This document shows, one piece after another, positions 46,609 through 56,599 of a DNA stretch of 59,702 nucleotides (positions are counted from its first letter, which is position 1; every line of letters begins with the position of its first letter). The stretch spans positions 1-59,702 of the forward strand of contig JBHJOG010000155.1 in assembly GCA_050329975.1 (NCBI GenBank), given 5' to 3'. The notes under the pieces were generated by a model that had not been told where the DNA came from, made no database searches, and saw nothing but the letters and a program-made list of their open reading frames with translations. This DNA is from Alphaproteobacteria bacterium. Lineage in GTDB: Bacteria; Pseudomonadota; Alphaproteobacteria; CALKHQ01. The translations under genes were made by a program, and so were the position numbers.

Positions 46609-47214
46609 GTGACCGCGATGGCAACGCAGATCGGGCCCTTGAAGAAGATCACCGTCCCGGCCGCCGAGCCGCTGGTCGAGACCGCCCAGCTGTCGGACCC
46701 GGCGCGCGCGCTGCTGGCCCCGAAGATGACCGTCCGCGCGCTGCTGGCGGCACTGGTCGACGCCGGGCTGCTCGGCGATGCGCTGCGGCTGCTCGCCTAT
46801 GCGCTGCCGAAGCGGGAAGCGGTCTGGTGGGCCTGCCAGTGCGCCCGCCAGGCCCAGCCCGAGACGCCGCTGGACCCGGACATCGAGATCATTCAGGCCA
46901 GCGAGGCCTGGGTCTACCGGCCTACCGACCAGGCCCGCCGCGCGGCCATGGAGCTGGCGATGAAAACCGGGTTCGACCGTGCAGCCCACTGGCTGGCGGC
47001 CGCGGCATTCTGGAGCGGCGGCAGCATCGCGCCGCCCGAGGCACCGCCGGTAGAGCCTGCGGAGAGCCTGACCGGCAACGCGGTGGTCGGCGCCGTCCTG
47101 CTGGCGCTGGTCCAGCCCGAGCCCGGCGCTGCCGACAAGAAGCGGCGGCGGTTCCTGGCGCAGGCGCTGGACATCGCCGACGGCGGAGACGGGCGCAAGG
47201 TGGCGACGACCTGA
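46609..47214 (+). CDS. Uncharacterised T6SS-locus protein (about 200 aa, helical, no signal peptide or TM)
   Basis: GC3-rich ORF filling the vgrG-tagH gap (GTG 46609 or ATG 46618). Features AVWWACQCAR, AAHWLAAAAFWSGGS, and a charged tail. I recognise no T6SS core or adaptor family (not DUF4123, DUF1795, DUF2169 or PAAR-like by eye). Confidence 0.6.
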   Translation: MTAMATQIGPLKKITVPAAEPLVETAQLSDPARALLAPKMTVRALLAALVDAGLLGDALRLLAYALPKREAVWWACQCARQAQPETPLDPDIEIIQASEAWVYRPTDQARRAAMELAMKTGFDRAAHWLAAAAFWSGGSIAPPEAPPVEPAESLTGNAVVGAVLLALVQPEPGAADKKRRRFLAQALDIADGGDGRKVATT

Positions 47215-47286
47215 TCCGGCGGCACCGCCCCCGCGACGGGCAGCGACCGGACGAATGGCTATAGTGACGGGACATGCGAGAGCGAC

Positions 47287-48867
47287 ATGACACTGCGACT
47301 GACGATCATCAGCCCGCCCAAGGTGCCGCCCGGCTTTGACCAGAGCATCGTGGTCGACCGGGCTGCAGTCTCGATCGGCAGGGCTCCCGAGAACGACCTC
47401 GTGCTCGCGGATCCCGCGCGCCTCTTGTCGAAGCGGCATTGCACGATCGCGGCCGCGGGCGGCGGTTACACCCTGACCGACACCAGCGCCAACGGCGTGT
47501 TCGTCAACGGATCGCCCCAGCGGGTGCCGCGCGACCAGACCGTGCCGATCGCGCCCGGCGACGTGATCCAGGTCGGCGATTACGAGCTGCAGGTCGATGC
47601 CGTCGCCCGGCCGGGCGCCCAGCCCGCTCGGGCCGCTCCGCCGGAGCCCACCCGGGTCGGCGGTTTCGCCCCGCCGCTCCCCGACGAGGACGAACTGGCG
47701 CCGGACGAGGAGTTCGACCTCGGCTTCGCGCTGGGCGACGACGACGACAATCTCGGCGTATCCGGCAGCAATCCCTTTGCCGATGCCGCACGCCTGCTGC
47801 GCGAGACCTCGGTGCGCGACCGCGCGGACTTCGGCCTGGGCAACCTCGACTTCGACGATGCCGGGTCGGGCGGCGGCGGGGAATCGCTGCTCCCGCACGG
47901 GCCCGAAGGCACGCTCTACGCCAAGCCAACGCCGGGCGGCCGCGCCGCGCCTGCCCGCCCCCTGCCGCGGGATGCGCTCGATCCCTTCGGCGGCGGCGAT
48001 TCGGTCGACGACTGGGATGCGCCCCCGATGCCCGACACCGTGCCGTCGGAGCAGGCGCAATTCACCCCGCCGGTGGCGCGGACGCCGCCTGCCGAGCCGG
48101 TCGGCGGCGGGATTCCGGACGACTGGGACCTGGAGGAGACGCCGTTCGCCGCACCGCCGCCGGCCGCCTCGCCGTTCTTCGATCCGCCGCCGGCGACCCG
48201 GCCGGCGGACGTGCCGGTGCCGAGGCCGCAGGCCGCTGCCCCGGTGCAGCAGCCGGCTGGCCCGGCGCCGACCGGCGTCGCCGATGCGGCCGCGCTTCGC
48301 GCCTTTCTGGCCGGCGCGGGGCTGGGCTCGATGCGGCTGTCGGACAGCGAGGCGGTGCGGCTGCTCGCCGATGCCGGCCGCGCCTTCCGCGCGCTGGTGG
48401 CCGGCCTGCAGGAGGCGCTGGCAACCCGTGCCGAGATCAAGGAGGAACTCGACGTCTCTCGCACCATGATCGGCGCGACGAGCAATAACCCGCTCAAGCT
48501 GGAGCTGACGACCGACGAGGGCGTGGTGGCGATGCTGCGGCAGCCGGGGCCGGGCTTCCTGCCGCCGGTCGAGTCCATCAGCCAGGGCTTCCGCGACGTC
48601 CAGGCGCATCAGATGGCGACCATGGCGGCCATGCACCTGGCCCTGCGCCGGCTGCTGGAGAAGTTCGATCCGGAGAAGCTGTCGAGCCGCATGGATCAGT
48701 CGTCCCTGCTCAACTCGCTGATGCCCGGCGCCCGCAAATCCAAGTACTGGGAGGTCTATTGCGACTTCTACGCCTCGATCGCGGGGGATGCGGAATCCGA
48801 GTTCCATGAATTCTTTACAAAAGAGTTTTCAAAAGCGTATGAAGAACAATCGCGTAAACTCAAGTAA
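47287..48867 (+). CDS. tagH: T6SS FHA-domain protein TagH (Fha/ImpI)
   Basis: N-terminal FHA (VSIGRAPENDLVLADPARLLSKRHCTI...GYTLTDTSANGVFVNG). Long Pro/Ala/Asp-rich linker. Conserved TagH C-terminal domain (NPLKLELTTDEGVVAML...YWEVYCDFY). Confidence 0.9.
   Translation: MTLRLTIISPPKVPPGFDQSIVVDRAAVSIGRAPENDLVLADPARLLSKRHCTIAAAGGGYTLTDTSANGVFVNGSPQRVPRDQTVPIAPGDVIQVGDYELQVDAVARPGAQPARAAPPEPTRVGGFAPPLPDEDELAPDEEFDLGFALGDDDDNLGVSGSNPFADAARLLRETSVRDRADFGLGNLDFDDAGSGGGGESLLPHGPEGTLYAKPTPGGRAAPARPLPRDALDPFGGGDSVDDWDAPPMPDTVPSEQAQFTPPVARTPPAEPVGGGIPDDWDLEETPFAAPPPAASPFFDPPPATRPADVPVPRPQAAAPVQQPAGPAPTGVADAAALRAFLAGAGLGSMRLSDSEAVRLLADAGRAFRALVAGLQEALATRAEIKEELDVSRTMIGATSNNPLKLELTTDEGVVAMLRQPGPGFLPPVESISQGFRDVQAHQMATMAAMHLALRRLLEKFDPEKLSSRMDQSSLLNSLMPGARKSKYWEVYCDFYASIAGDAESEFHEFFTKEFSKAYEEQSRKLK
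48814..48843 (+). promoter_or_regulatory. Candidate internal sigma70-type promoter (TTTACA-N18-TATGAA) in the AT-rich 3' end of tagH
   Basis: The last roughly 20 codons of tagH switch to A/T-ending codons (ttt aca aaa gag ttt tca aaa ...). The hexamers at 48814-48819 and 48838-48843 lie about 80 nt upstream of tssJ. Confidence 0.3.
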
Positions 48868-48919
48868 CGAATAGATTTGGCCGCCGGTGGACTTTAGCGA
48901 AACCCATATCGGCAAGCGG

Positions 48920-49468
48920 ATGTCTTCCGCAGTCGCCCGTCTGGATGTGCGCCGGGCCAGTCTGGCGGCGGCGCTGGCGCTGGCGCTTCCCGGGCTTGCC
49001 GGCTGCGCGGACGATCCGCCGGCCGGGCCGCCGCCGATCGAAGTCACCGCCAGCGTCGAGGCGTCGCCCTTCCTCAATCCCGACCGCACCAACCGCCCGT
49101 CGCCGGTGGTGGTGGTGGTCTACGGACTCGCCGACGACGCCAAGTTCCAGAATGCCGGCTTCTTCGAGCTCTACGAGCAGGAACAGGCGACGCTGGGCGA
49201 TGCGATCAAGAGCCGGCAGGAGTTCATCATCGCGCCGGGCGACATCAAGGACCTCGACCTTGAGATCGATCCCGCCGCCACCTTTCTGGCGGTCCTGGGC
49301 GCGTTCCGCGATATCGACAACGCCCGCTTCAGCGCGATCACGCCATTGCCGGGGGGCGGCGACCCGCTGGCGATCCAGATCAAGCTGCAGAGCAATTCGA
49401 TCGTGCTGGTGGCGCCGGAAGCGCCGGTGGTGGTCGACGATGCGGCGGAATCCGGAGATGGGTCGTGA
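48920..49468 (+). CDS. tssJ: T6SS outer-membrane lipoprotein TssJ (VasD)
   Basis: Lipobox LPGLAGC after a signal peptide. TssJ motifs SPFLNPDRTNRPSPVVVVVYGL and AVLGAFRDIDNARF. The ORF-track GTG 48887 is an alternative start. Confidence 0.85.
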   Translation: MSSAVARLDVRRASLAAALALALPGLAGCADDPPAGPPPIEVTASVEASPFLNPDRTNRPSPVVVVVYGLADDAKFQNAGFFELYEQEQATLGDAIKSRQEFIIAPGDIKDLDLEIDPAATFLAVLGAFRDIDNARFSAITPLPGGGDPLAIQIKLQSNSIVLVAPEAPVVVDDAAESGDGS

Positions 49469-49545
49469 CCGGCACCCGATCGCGGGGCAGGCTGCGCGGT
49501 GGCGCGCCAATTCCACACGCACCGAAAATGAATTAGGGTTCATGG

Positions 49546-50880
49546 ATGTCGTGGGACAATAAAGTCGTCTGGTCGGAGGGCATGTTCCTGCGTCCGCAGC
49601 ATTTCCAGCAGCACGACCGCTATGTGGAGCGCCTGGTGCGCGGGCGCCTGGCCAGCATGGCGCCCTATCGCTGGGGCGTATCGGAACTGGCGATTAACCG
49701 GTCCCTGCTCGAGACCGGGAGCTTTGCCGTCACCTCCTGCCGCGGCGTGCTGCCGGACGGCACGCCGTTCAGCATCCCGGAAGACTGCGAGCACCCGGTG
49801 CCGCTGGAGCCGTCGGAGAACGTCCGCGACCGGGTGGTCTACCTGTGCCTGCCGGTGCGCCAGCCCGGGGGCTACGATTTCGCCGCCAAGGCCAACGAGG
49901 ATGCGATCACGCGCTACCGCACCTCGTCGTTCCGGGCGACCGATTCGGTCGTCGGCTCGGAAACGATGGCCGAACTCGAGATCGGCAAGCTGGACCTCAG
50001 CTACGGTCTGCACGGCACCGAGACGGCGGGCTATGTCCGGGTCGGGCTGGCCCGCATCCAGGAGGTCGGCGCGGACCGCAAGATCAAGCTGGACGAGCGC
50101 TACATTCCGCCGTGCCTCGACTGCAGCACGTCGCCGGCGCTCTCCGGCTACATGACCGAGCTGCAGGGGCTGTTGCACCAGCGGGTTACCGCCCTGGCCG
50201 GGCGGGTCAGCGAGGGCGGCACCAAGGGCGTGGCCGAGATCGCCGACTTCCTGTTCCTGCTGACTCTCAACCGCAATCAGCCGCTGGTCAGCCATCTCGG
50301 CAGCTGCGCCGACCTGCATCCGGAGACGCTCTACCGGGTGCTGGTGTCGATGGCCGGCGAGATGACGACCTTCACCGAGGCCGGCAAGCGCCCGCCGGAC
50401 TTTCCCGTATACAATCACGACGACCTGGAAGGAACGTTCCAGCCGGTGGTCGCCACGCTGCGCCGCTCCCTGAGTGCGGTGCTGGAGCAGACCGCGATCG
50501 CGATCCCGCTGCAGGAGCGCAAGTACGGCATCCGCGTCGGCCAGATCGAGGACCGAAGCCTCCTTACCTCGGCCAGCTTCGTACTTGCGGTGCGCGCAGA
50601 GGCGCCGGCCGAACAGATCCGCCGGCATTTCCCGGCCCAGGTCAAGATCGGGCCGGTGGAGCAGATCCGCAACCTGGTCAACGCCGCGCTGCCGGGGATA
50701 ACGGTGCGCCCGCTGCCGGTGGCGCCGCGGCAGATCCCCTATCACGCCGGCGTCACCTATTTCGAGCTCGAGCAGCGCGGCCAGTTCTGGAAGCAGCTCT
50801 CCCAGTCCGGCGGGCTCGCCATCCACCTCGCCGGCGACTTTCCGAAAGCGGAAATGGAGCTGTGGGCGATCAGGGGCTAG
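49546..50880 (+). CDS. tssK: T6SS baseplate protein TssK (ImpJ)
   Basis: MSWDNKVVWSEGMFLRPQHFQQHDRY N-terminus, 444 aa. Confidence 0.95.
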   Translation: MSWDNKVVWSEGMFLRPQHFQQHDRYVERLVRGRLASMAPYRWGVSELAINRSLLETGSFAVTSCRGVLPDGTPFSIPEDCEHPVPLEPSENVRDRVVYLCLPVRQPGGYDFAAKANEDAITRYRTSSFRATDSVVGSETMAELEIGKLDLSYGLHGTETAGYVRVGLARIQEVGADRKIKLDERYIPPCLDCSTSPALSGYMTELQGLLHQRVTALAGRVSEGGTKGVAEIADFLFLLTLNRNQPLVSHLGSCADLHPETLYRVLVSMAGEMTTFTEAGKRPPDFPVYNHDDLEGTFQPVVATLRRSLSAVLEQTAIAIPLQERKYGIRVGQIEDRSLLTSASFVLAVRAEAPAEQIRRHFPAQVKIGPVEQIRNLVNAALPGITVRPLPVAPRQIPYHAGVTYFELEQRGQFWKQLSQSGGLAIHLAGDFPKAEMELWAIRG

Positions 50881-50883
50881 CCG

Positions 50884-52218
50884 ATGACCGATGCCGACCC
50901 CTTCGCCGACTACGGTGAAACGGAAACGACCATCATCCGGCCCAGCCCCGGCGGCAGGCGGGCGGCTGAGCGGCTGCGCGCGGCCCAGCCGGCCGCGGCC
51001 CCGCTGGCGCGCCAGCCGAGCATCAACCCGCTGGTGACCGAAGCCTCGCCGCTGCTCAGCCTGATCAACCGCATTCGCAACACCGCCCGCCACGACAATG
51101 TCGACCAGCTGCGCAGCCAGGTGATCGACGAGATCAAGCAGTTCACCCGGCGCGCCATCTCGGCCGGCATCGAGCCGAAGGTGGTCGGGGCCGGGCAATA
51201 CGCACTCTGCGCAACCGTCGACGACGTGGTGCAGAACACGCCCTGGGGCAGTGCCTCCAGCTGGTCGAAGCGCGGCATGGTCACCACCTTCCACCGCGAA
51301 GCCTGGGGCGGCGACCGCTTCTACACCCTTCTCGACTACATGCAGCGCGATCCGGAGCGCAACCAGCATGCGCTGGAGCTGATGTACCTGTGCCTGGCGC
51401 TGGGGTTCGAGGGCCGGCTGCGGGTGCTGCCGAACGGCGCCTCCGAGCTCGCCCGAATCCGCGAGGCGCTGCACCGGCTGATCCGCCGCCGTCGCGGCGA
51501 CTACGAGCGCGAGCTGTCGCCGAACTGGCGCGGCGTCGTCACCGCGCGACGCGGCGCCAAGGCCGTGGTGCCGCTCTGGGTGGCCGCTCTGATCGGGCTC
51601 GGCATCGCGCTGGCGGCGTTCCTGGTGCTGCGCTTCCTGCTCAACAGCGAGAGCGACGTGACGTTTCGCGACCTGTTTCGCCTGCCGCCGCAGGGCGAGG
51701 TGGCCCTGGTCCGGCCGCAGCGGACCGAAGCGCCGCTGGAGATCGGCGCGGCGAGCCCACCGGCGCAGGCACCGCCCCCGCCCGGCAACTACGACATTCT
51801 CGACGATTACCTGCAGCCGGTCCCCGGCGGCCCGATCGAGCTGCTCGGCGACAACCGGCGCGTCATCATCCGGCTGGGTACCGACGGCATGTTCCGCAGC
51901 GGCAGCGCCACCATCGAGCAGGAGTTCGAGCCGATCCTGGCCGAGGTGGCCGGCGGGCTGCGTGAGGTCACCGGCACGATCCGGGTGATCGGACACACCG
52001 ACAGCGTGCGCATCAGCACCGCGCGCTTCCCCTCGAATGTCGAGCTGTCGGAGGCGCGGGCAGAGGCGGTGGTCGAGATCCTGTCGCGCTACCTCAACGG
52101 CACCGACCTGGAATCGGTCGGCCTCGCCGATGCCGATCCGGTGGTGCCCAACGCACAGACGGTGGCCGACCTGGCGAAGAACCGCCGGGTCGACATCGAA
52201 GTGCTGGCGCCAAGGTAG
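50884..52218 (+). CDS. tssL: T6SS membrane-complex protein TssL (DotU) with a C-terminal OmpA/MotB-like peptidoglycan-binding domain
   Basis: DotU region (NPLVTEASPLLSLI...YALCATVDDVV...LELMYLCLALGFEGR). One TM (VPLWVAALIGLGIALAAFLVL). OmpA-like end (IRVIGHTDSV...SNVELSEARAEAV...NRRVDIEV). Confidence 0.9.
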   Translation: MTDADPFADYGETETTIIRPSPGGRRAAERLRAAQPAAAPLARQPSINPLVTEASPLLSLINRIRNTARHDNVDQLRSQVIDEIKQFTRRAISAGIEPKVVGAGQYALCATVDDVVQNTPWGSASSWSKRGMVTTFHREAWGGDRFYTLLDYMQRDPERNQHALELMYLCLALGFEGRLRVLPNGASELARIREALHRLIRRRRGDYERELSPNWRGVVTARRGAKAVVPLWVAALIGLGIALAAFLVLRFLLNSESDVTFRDLFRLPPQGEVALVRPQRTEAPLEIGAASPPAQAPPPPGNYDILDDYLQPVPGGPIELLGDNRRVIIRLGTDGMFRSGSATIEQEFEPILAEVAGGLREVTGTIRVIGHTDSVRISTARFPSNVELSEARAEAVVEILSRYLNGTDLESVGLADADPVVPNAQTVADLAKNRRVDIEVLAPR

Positions 52219-52223
52219 CCGCC

Positions 52224-55200
52224 ATGCTGTCCCTGCTCGGCCGAGTCATCAAGTCGGGGTGGTTCTGGTCCTTCGTCGGCGTCCTGCTGCTGTGCCTGAT
52301 GATCTGGTTCGCGCTCGGCGCGATCGGCTTCGGCGGCGTCTACCCGTTCGAGGACCCGCTGTACCGGCTGGCGGCCATCCTCGTCGTCGTCATCATCTAC
52401 TTCCTGTTCGTCTTCATCTCCATGCTGCGCTCTCAGCGCGCCAATCGGAAGATGGTCGGGGAGCTGGACGTCGCGGGTGCCGCCGCCGTCTCCAGCGAAG
52501 AGCAGGAGATGACGGCGCAGGAGGTGGCGACCCTGCGCGAGCGCATGCGCGAGGCGATGGGCCTGCTGCGCAAGGCGAAGTTCGGCCGCGGCTTCGGCCG
52601 CCGCTATCTCTACCAGCTCCCCTGGTACATCCTGGTCGGCCCGCCGGGGTCGGGCAAGACAACGGCGCTGGTCAAGTCCGGGCTCCGCTTCGTGCTCGCC
52701 GACAAGCTCGGCGGCGAAGCGGTGCGTGGAGTCGGCGGCACGCGCAATTGCGACTGGTGGTTCACCGACGAAGCGGTCCTGATCGACACCGCCGGCCGCT
52801 ACACCACCCAGGACACGCGGTCCGCGGTCGATACCGGCGGCTGGCACGGATTCCTCGATCTGCTGCGGCGCAACCGGCCGCGGCAGCCGATCAACGGCGT
52901 CTTCATCGTCATCGCGATCAACGAAGTGATGGCCATGGACGACGCGGCGCGCGCCGAGCATGCGAGGATCATCCGGACACGGATCAACGAACTGCATGAG
53001 CGGCTGCGCCAGCGCTTTCCGATCTACGTGCTGCTGACCAAGTGCGACCTGGTGGCCGGTTTCATCGAGTTCTTCGACGAACTCGGCGGCGAGGAGCGGC
53101 AGCAGGTCTGGGGCATGACCTTTCCGCTCGACGGCGACCGCAATGTCGAAGGCACGGCGGCCGGCTTCAGCCGCGAATTCGACCTGCTGGTCGACCGGCT
53201 GAACCAGCGGTTGGTCGACCGTATGCACCGCGAGGTGGACATCGAGCGACGCTCGCTGGTCTACGGCTTCCCCGCCCAGATGGGGTCACTGCGCGACCTG
53301 CTGCAGGAGTTCCTCGACGCCGTGTTCCGGCCGAGCCAGTTCGAGGAACGGCCGATGCTGCGCGGAGTCTACTTCACCAGCGGCACCCAGGAGGGAACGC
53401 CGATCGACCGCCTGATGGGCGCGCTCGCCGCGCGCTTCGGGGTCAGCCGCAGCACGATGCCGGCGTTCAGCGGCGGCGGCCGGTCCTATTTCCTGACGCG
53501 CCTGTTGCGCGAAGTCGCCTTTCCGGAGGCCTATATCGCGGTCGCCCGCTCACCGCGCGAGCGGCGGCGGATCTGGGTGCGCCGGACCGGCTATGCGGTG
53601 GTGGGCCTCGTCGCAGCGGCAGCACTGGCCGCCTTCGGCCTCAGCTTCGTCGGAAACCAGCAGCTGATCGCCGAGACCGAGCAGCAAATCGACGCCTACG
53701 GCGCCGCGCTCGCCTCGGTGCCCACCAGCATGGTGGACGATACCGATTTTGCCCGGACCAGCGGCCTGCTCGACCGCCTGCGCGCCCTTCCGGCCGGCTA
53801 TGACGTCGACGTCGACTCGCCGCCGCTGGACCTGACCTTCGGCCTGTACCAGGGAGACAAGCTGCACGACCAGGCGGTCGGGGCCTATCTTCGCGGTCTC
53901 AACAAGATGCTCGCCCCACGCCTGTTCCTGCACCTGGAGGACAAGCTGCGCAGCAACCTCGGCGCGCAGGACAGGCTCTACAACTATCTGCGCGTCTACC
54001 TGATGCTGGGGAACACCGGCGACTCCGACCCGGCCCTGATCAGGAGCGTGATGGCGGACGACTGGGGCGCGCTCTACCCGGGGGACGACAACGCCGGGCT
54101 GCGCAGCCGGCTTGCGGCCCACCTCGACGTTCTGCTCGCCAATCCGGACTATGACTTCCCGCTCGACACCGGGCTGGTACAGCAGGCCCGGCAGGCCCTG
54201 GTCAGCATCCCGCTGGAAGGTGAGGCCTATGAGGCGATCAAGGGCAGCGACCCGGCCCGCAACCTGCCGACCTGGCGCGTGATCGACCATATCGGCGCCC
54301 AGGGCGACCGGGTGATGGTCCGGCGCTCCGAGGGCACACCGCTCACGGCTGGCGTGCCCGGCCTCTATACCTATCGCGGTTTCAACGAGGTGTTCCTGCC
54401 GGCGCTCGATGCGATCTCGAGCCGGGTGGCCAGTCAGAACTGGGTGCTCAGCGGAGACGCCAGCGACGCCGACCGGGCCGCGGCCCTGGAGACCTTCCGC
54501 CAGGGCGTCACCCAGTCCTATCTCAACGACTATGTCGAAGAGTGGGATCGGTTGCTGAACGACGTCACCATCCGGCCGATGGAGACGCTGGATGAGGCGC
54601 GCACGGTGCTGAACATCCTGTCGAGCCCGAACTCGCCGCTGCTGACCTTCCTCACCGACGCGGCGCAGGAGACGACGCTGGCCCGGCCGCAGCCGGCCGC
54701 GCCGGCGAGCGCTCCCGGCGACGCTGCGCCCGCAGCCGCGGACGGCGCGGCGCCGCCCGCCCCGGCGGGGGACGACGGCGGGCTGCTCGGCCCCGGCACG
54801 GCGCCTGCGCCGGCTGGCCCGTTGCCGGGCCAGTATGTGAACGACCAGTTCGCGGACCTGCACGCGATGGTTGGCGGCGCCGACGGCCAGCCGCCGGCGC
54901 TGACTGGACTGCTGGCCGACTTCCGGGACCTCTACCGGGGGCTGAATGCGCTCCAGACCAGCGACGGCACGATCCCGCCCGACTTCGCCGCCGCGCTCCA
55001 GAAGGTGAACGAGGTCTCCGCGACCCTGCCGGAGCCGATCGCCGGCGTGGTCGCCGAGGTGATGGCGGCCAGCGCGACAGTCGGCGCCGGCGGTGCGCGC
55101 AGCCAGCTGCGGCAGAGCTATGACACGACGGTCCTGCAAACCTGCGAGCAGGCGCTCGCCGGCCGCTATCCGTTCGATCCGTTGAGCCGGGAGGACATCA

Positions 55201-55799
55201 GCCTGGTCGCATTCGCCCAGGTGCTGGGTCCGGGCGGGCTGCTGGACAGCTTCTTCCAGCAGAATCTGGCGGCGCATGTCGACATGACGAAGAAGCCGTG
55301 GACGTGGAAGCCGGCCTCCGTCAGCCTGAACCTTTCGAATGCCGCCCTGCAGCAGTTCGAACGGGCCGACGAGATCCGGAAGGTGTTCTTTGCTGCCGGC
55401 CCGACCCCGTCGATCCAGTTCGTCGCGACGCCGGACGTCATGTCGGAGACGATCAACCGGGCGGTGCTGACCGTCGATGGCCAGGTCCTGCGCTATTCGT
55501 TCGGGCCGAACGCGCCGGTAGCGATGGTCTGGCCGGGGCCGGACGGTCCACCCGGCGTGATGCTCGAGCTCACGCCACCGATGACCGGCCAGCCGAACGG
55601 CGTCAGCTACCAGGGTCCCTGGGGCTGGTTCCGCATGCTCGACGTGGCTGATGTTCAACCCGGCTCGACCTCTGATAAACTGAATGTCACGATTGCTGCA
55701 GGCGAGCGGTCCCTGACCGTCGAGGTCAGGGCCGAAGGGGTGACCAACCCGTTCGTCATGACCGAGTTGAAGGAGTTCCGGTGTCCGACCACGCTTTGA
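52224..55799 (+). CDS. tssM: T6SS membrane-complex protein TssM (IcmF)
   Basis: 1191 aa. N-terminal TM helices, Walker A GPPGSGKTT, IcmF-related domains, and an Ala/Pro-rich insert near aa 830-870. Confidence 0.95.
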   Translation: MLSLLGRVIKSGWFWSFVGVLLLCLMIWFALGAIGFGGVYPFEDPLYRLAAILVVVIIYFLFVFISMLRSQRANRKMVGELDVAGAAAVSSEEQEMTAQEVATLRERMREAMGLLRKAKFGRGFGRRYLYQLPWYILVGPPGSGKTTALVKSGLRFVLADKLGGEAVRGVGGTRNCDWWFTDEAVLIDTAGRYTTQDTRSAVDTGGWHGFLDLLRRNRPRQPINGVFIVIAINEVMAMDDAARAEHARIIRTRINELHERLRQRFPIYVLLTKCDLVAGFIEFFDELGGEERQQVWGMTFPLDGDRNVEGTAAGFSREFDLLVDRLNQRLVDRMHREVDIERRSLVYGFPAQMGSLRDLLQEFLDAVFRPSQFEERPMLRGVYFTSGTQEGTPIDRLMGALAARFGVSRSTMPAFSGGGRSYFLTRLLREVAFPEAYIAVARSPRERRRIWVRRTGYAVVGLVAAAALAAFGLSFVGNQQLIAETEQQIDAYGAALASVPTSMVDDTDFARTSGLLDRLRALPAGYDVDVDSPPLDLTFGLYQGDKLHDQAVGAYLRGLNKMLAPRLFLHLEDKLRSNLGAQDRLYNYLRVYLMLGNTGDSDPALIRSVMADDWGALYPGDDNAGLRSRLAAHLDVLLANPDYDFPLDTGLVQQARQALVSIPLEGEAYEAIKGSDPARNLPTWRVIDHIGAQGDRVMVRRSEGTPLTAGVPGLYTYRGFNEVFLPALDAISSRVASQNWVLSGDASDADRAAALETFRQGVTQSYLNDYVEEWDRLLNDVTIRPMETLDEARTVLNILSSPNSPLLTFLTDAAQETTLARPQPAAPASAPGDAAPAAADGAAPPAPAGDDGGLLGPGTAPAPAGPLPGQYVNDQFADLHAMVGGADGQPPALTGLLADFRDLYRGLNALQTSDGTIPPDFAAALQKVNEVSATLPEPIAGVVAEVMAASATVGAGGARSQLRQSYDTTVLQTCEQALAGRYPFDPLSREDISLVAFAQVLGPGGLLDSFFQQNLAAHVDMTKKPWTWKPASVSLNLSNAALQQFERADEIRKVFFAAGPTPSIQFVATPDVMSETINRAVLTVDGQVLRYSFGPNAPVAMVWPGPDGPPGVMLELTPPMTGQPNGVSYQGPWGWFRMLDVADVQPGSTSDKLNVTIAAGERSLTVEVRAEGVTNPFVMTELKEFRCPTTL

Positions 55800-56590
55800 A
55801 GCTGATCGACCGGCCGGCTTGCGGCTATTTCGGCAAGGTCCCGCTCACCGGCGACTTCATTCGGCATACCCTGCCCGAGGGCTTCCTGCGGCCGTGGGAC
55901 CTGTGGCTGCAGACCGCGATCGAGCGCAGCCGGACCGACCTCGAGGAGCATTGGCTGAAATACTACCTGACCAGCCCGGTCTGGCGGTTCGCGCTCAGCG
56001 CCGGCATCTGCGGCGAACGGCCGGCGGTCGGCGTGATGATGCCGAGCGTCGACCAGGTGGGCCGCTACTTCCCGCTGTGCCTGGCCGCGGTGCTGCCGCA
56101 TGAGGTGCGCCCTGCGATCGTGGCTGCGACCGAGGGCGAGTGGTTCTGGAAGGCCGAATGCACCGTCCGCGCCTCGCTCGAGGACGGGTTCGAGCTTCGG
56201 GTACTGGACGCGGCGGTGCGCGACATCGGCCTGCCGGCAGCCGGCGAAGGCCCCATCCCGCCGCGTCCGCCGCAGGGCCGCCGGCCGGCACGGCCGGCCG
56301 AGGCCAACGTCCGCTACGGGTGGGATTCGCTGCGTGTCGACCTGGGGGGCGACGACCTGCACCTGGTCTACCCCGACTTGCTCGACCGGCTGCTGGCGCG
56401 CAGCCTCGACCCGTACAGCCTATGGTGGACGTTGGGTTCGGAAGACGTGGATCCAGTCCTCATCGCCTGCCGCGGCCTGCCGCCGGCCGACCAGTTTGCC
56501 GCCTTCCTCGACGGTGCCTGGGAGCGGTGGGGCTGGGGCGAGACATCCGGCCGCCCGTCCGGCGCCGGATTCCTCGTTGGCGTGCGCTAG
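55781..56590 (+). CDS. tagF: T6SS-associated protein TagF (ImpM/DUF2094)
   Basis: GTG start overlapping the end of tssM. GYFGKVPLTGDFIRHTLP...WDLWLQ...SPVWRFAL...MPSVDQVGRYFPL. Confidence 0.85.
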   Translation: MSDHALKLIDRPACGYFGKVPLTGDFIRHTLPEGFLRPWDLWLQTAIERSRTDLEEHWLKYYLTSPVWRFALSAGICGERPAVGVMMPSVDQVGRYFPLCLAAVLPHEVRPAIVAATEGEWFWKAECTVRASLEDGFELRVLDAAVRDIGLPAAGEGPIPPRPPQGRRPARPAEANVRYGWDSLRVDLGGDDLHLVYPDLLDRLLARSLDPYSLWWTLGSEDVDPVLIACRGLPPADQFAAFLDGAWERWGWGETSGRPSGAGFLVGVR

Positions 56591-56599
56591 GACCGCCCA

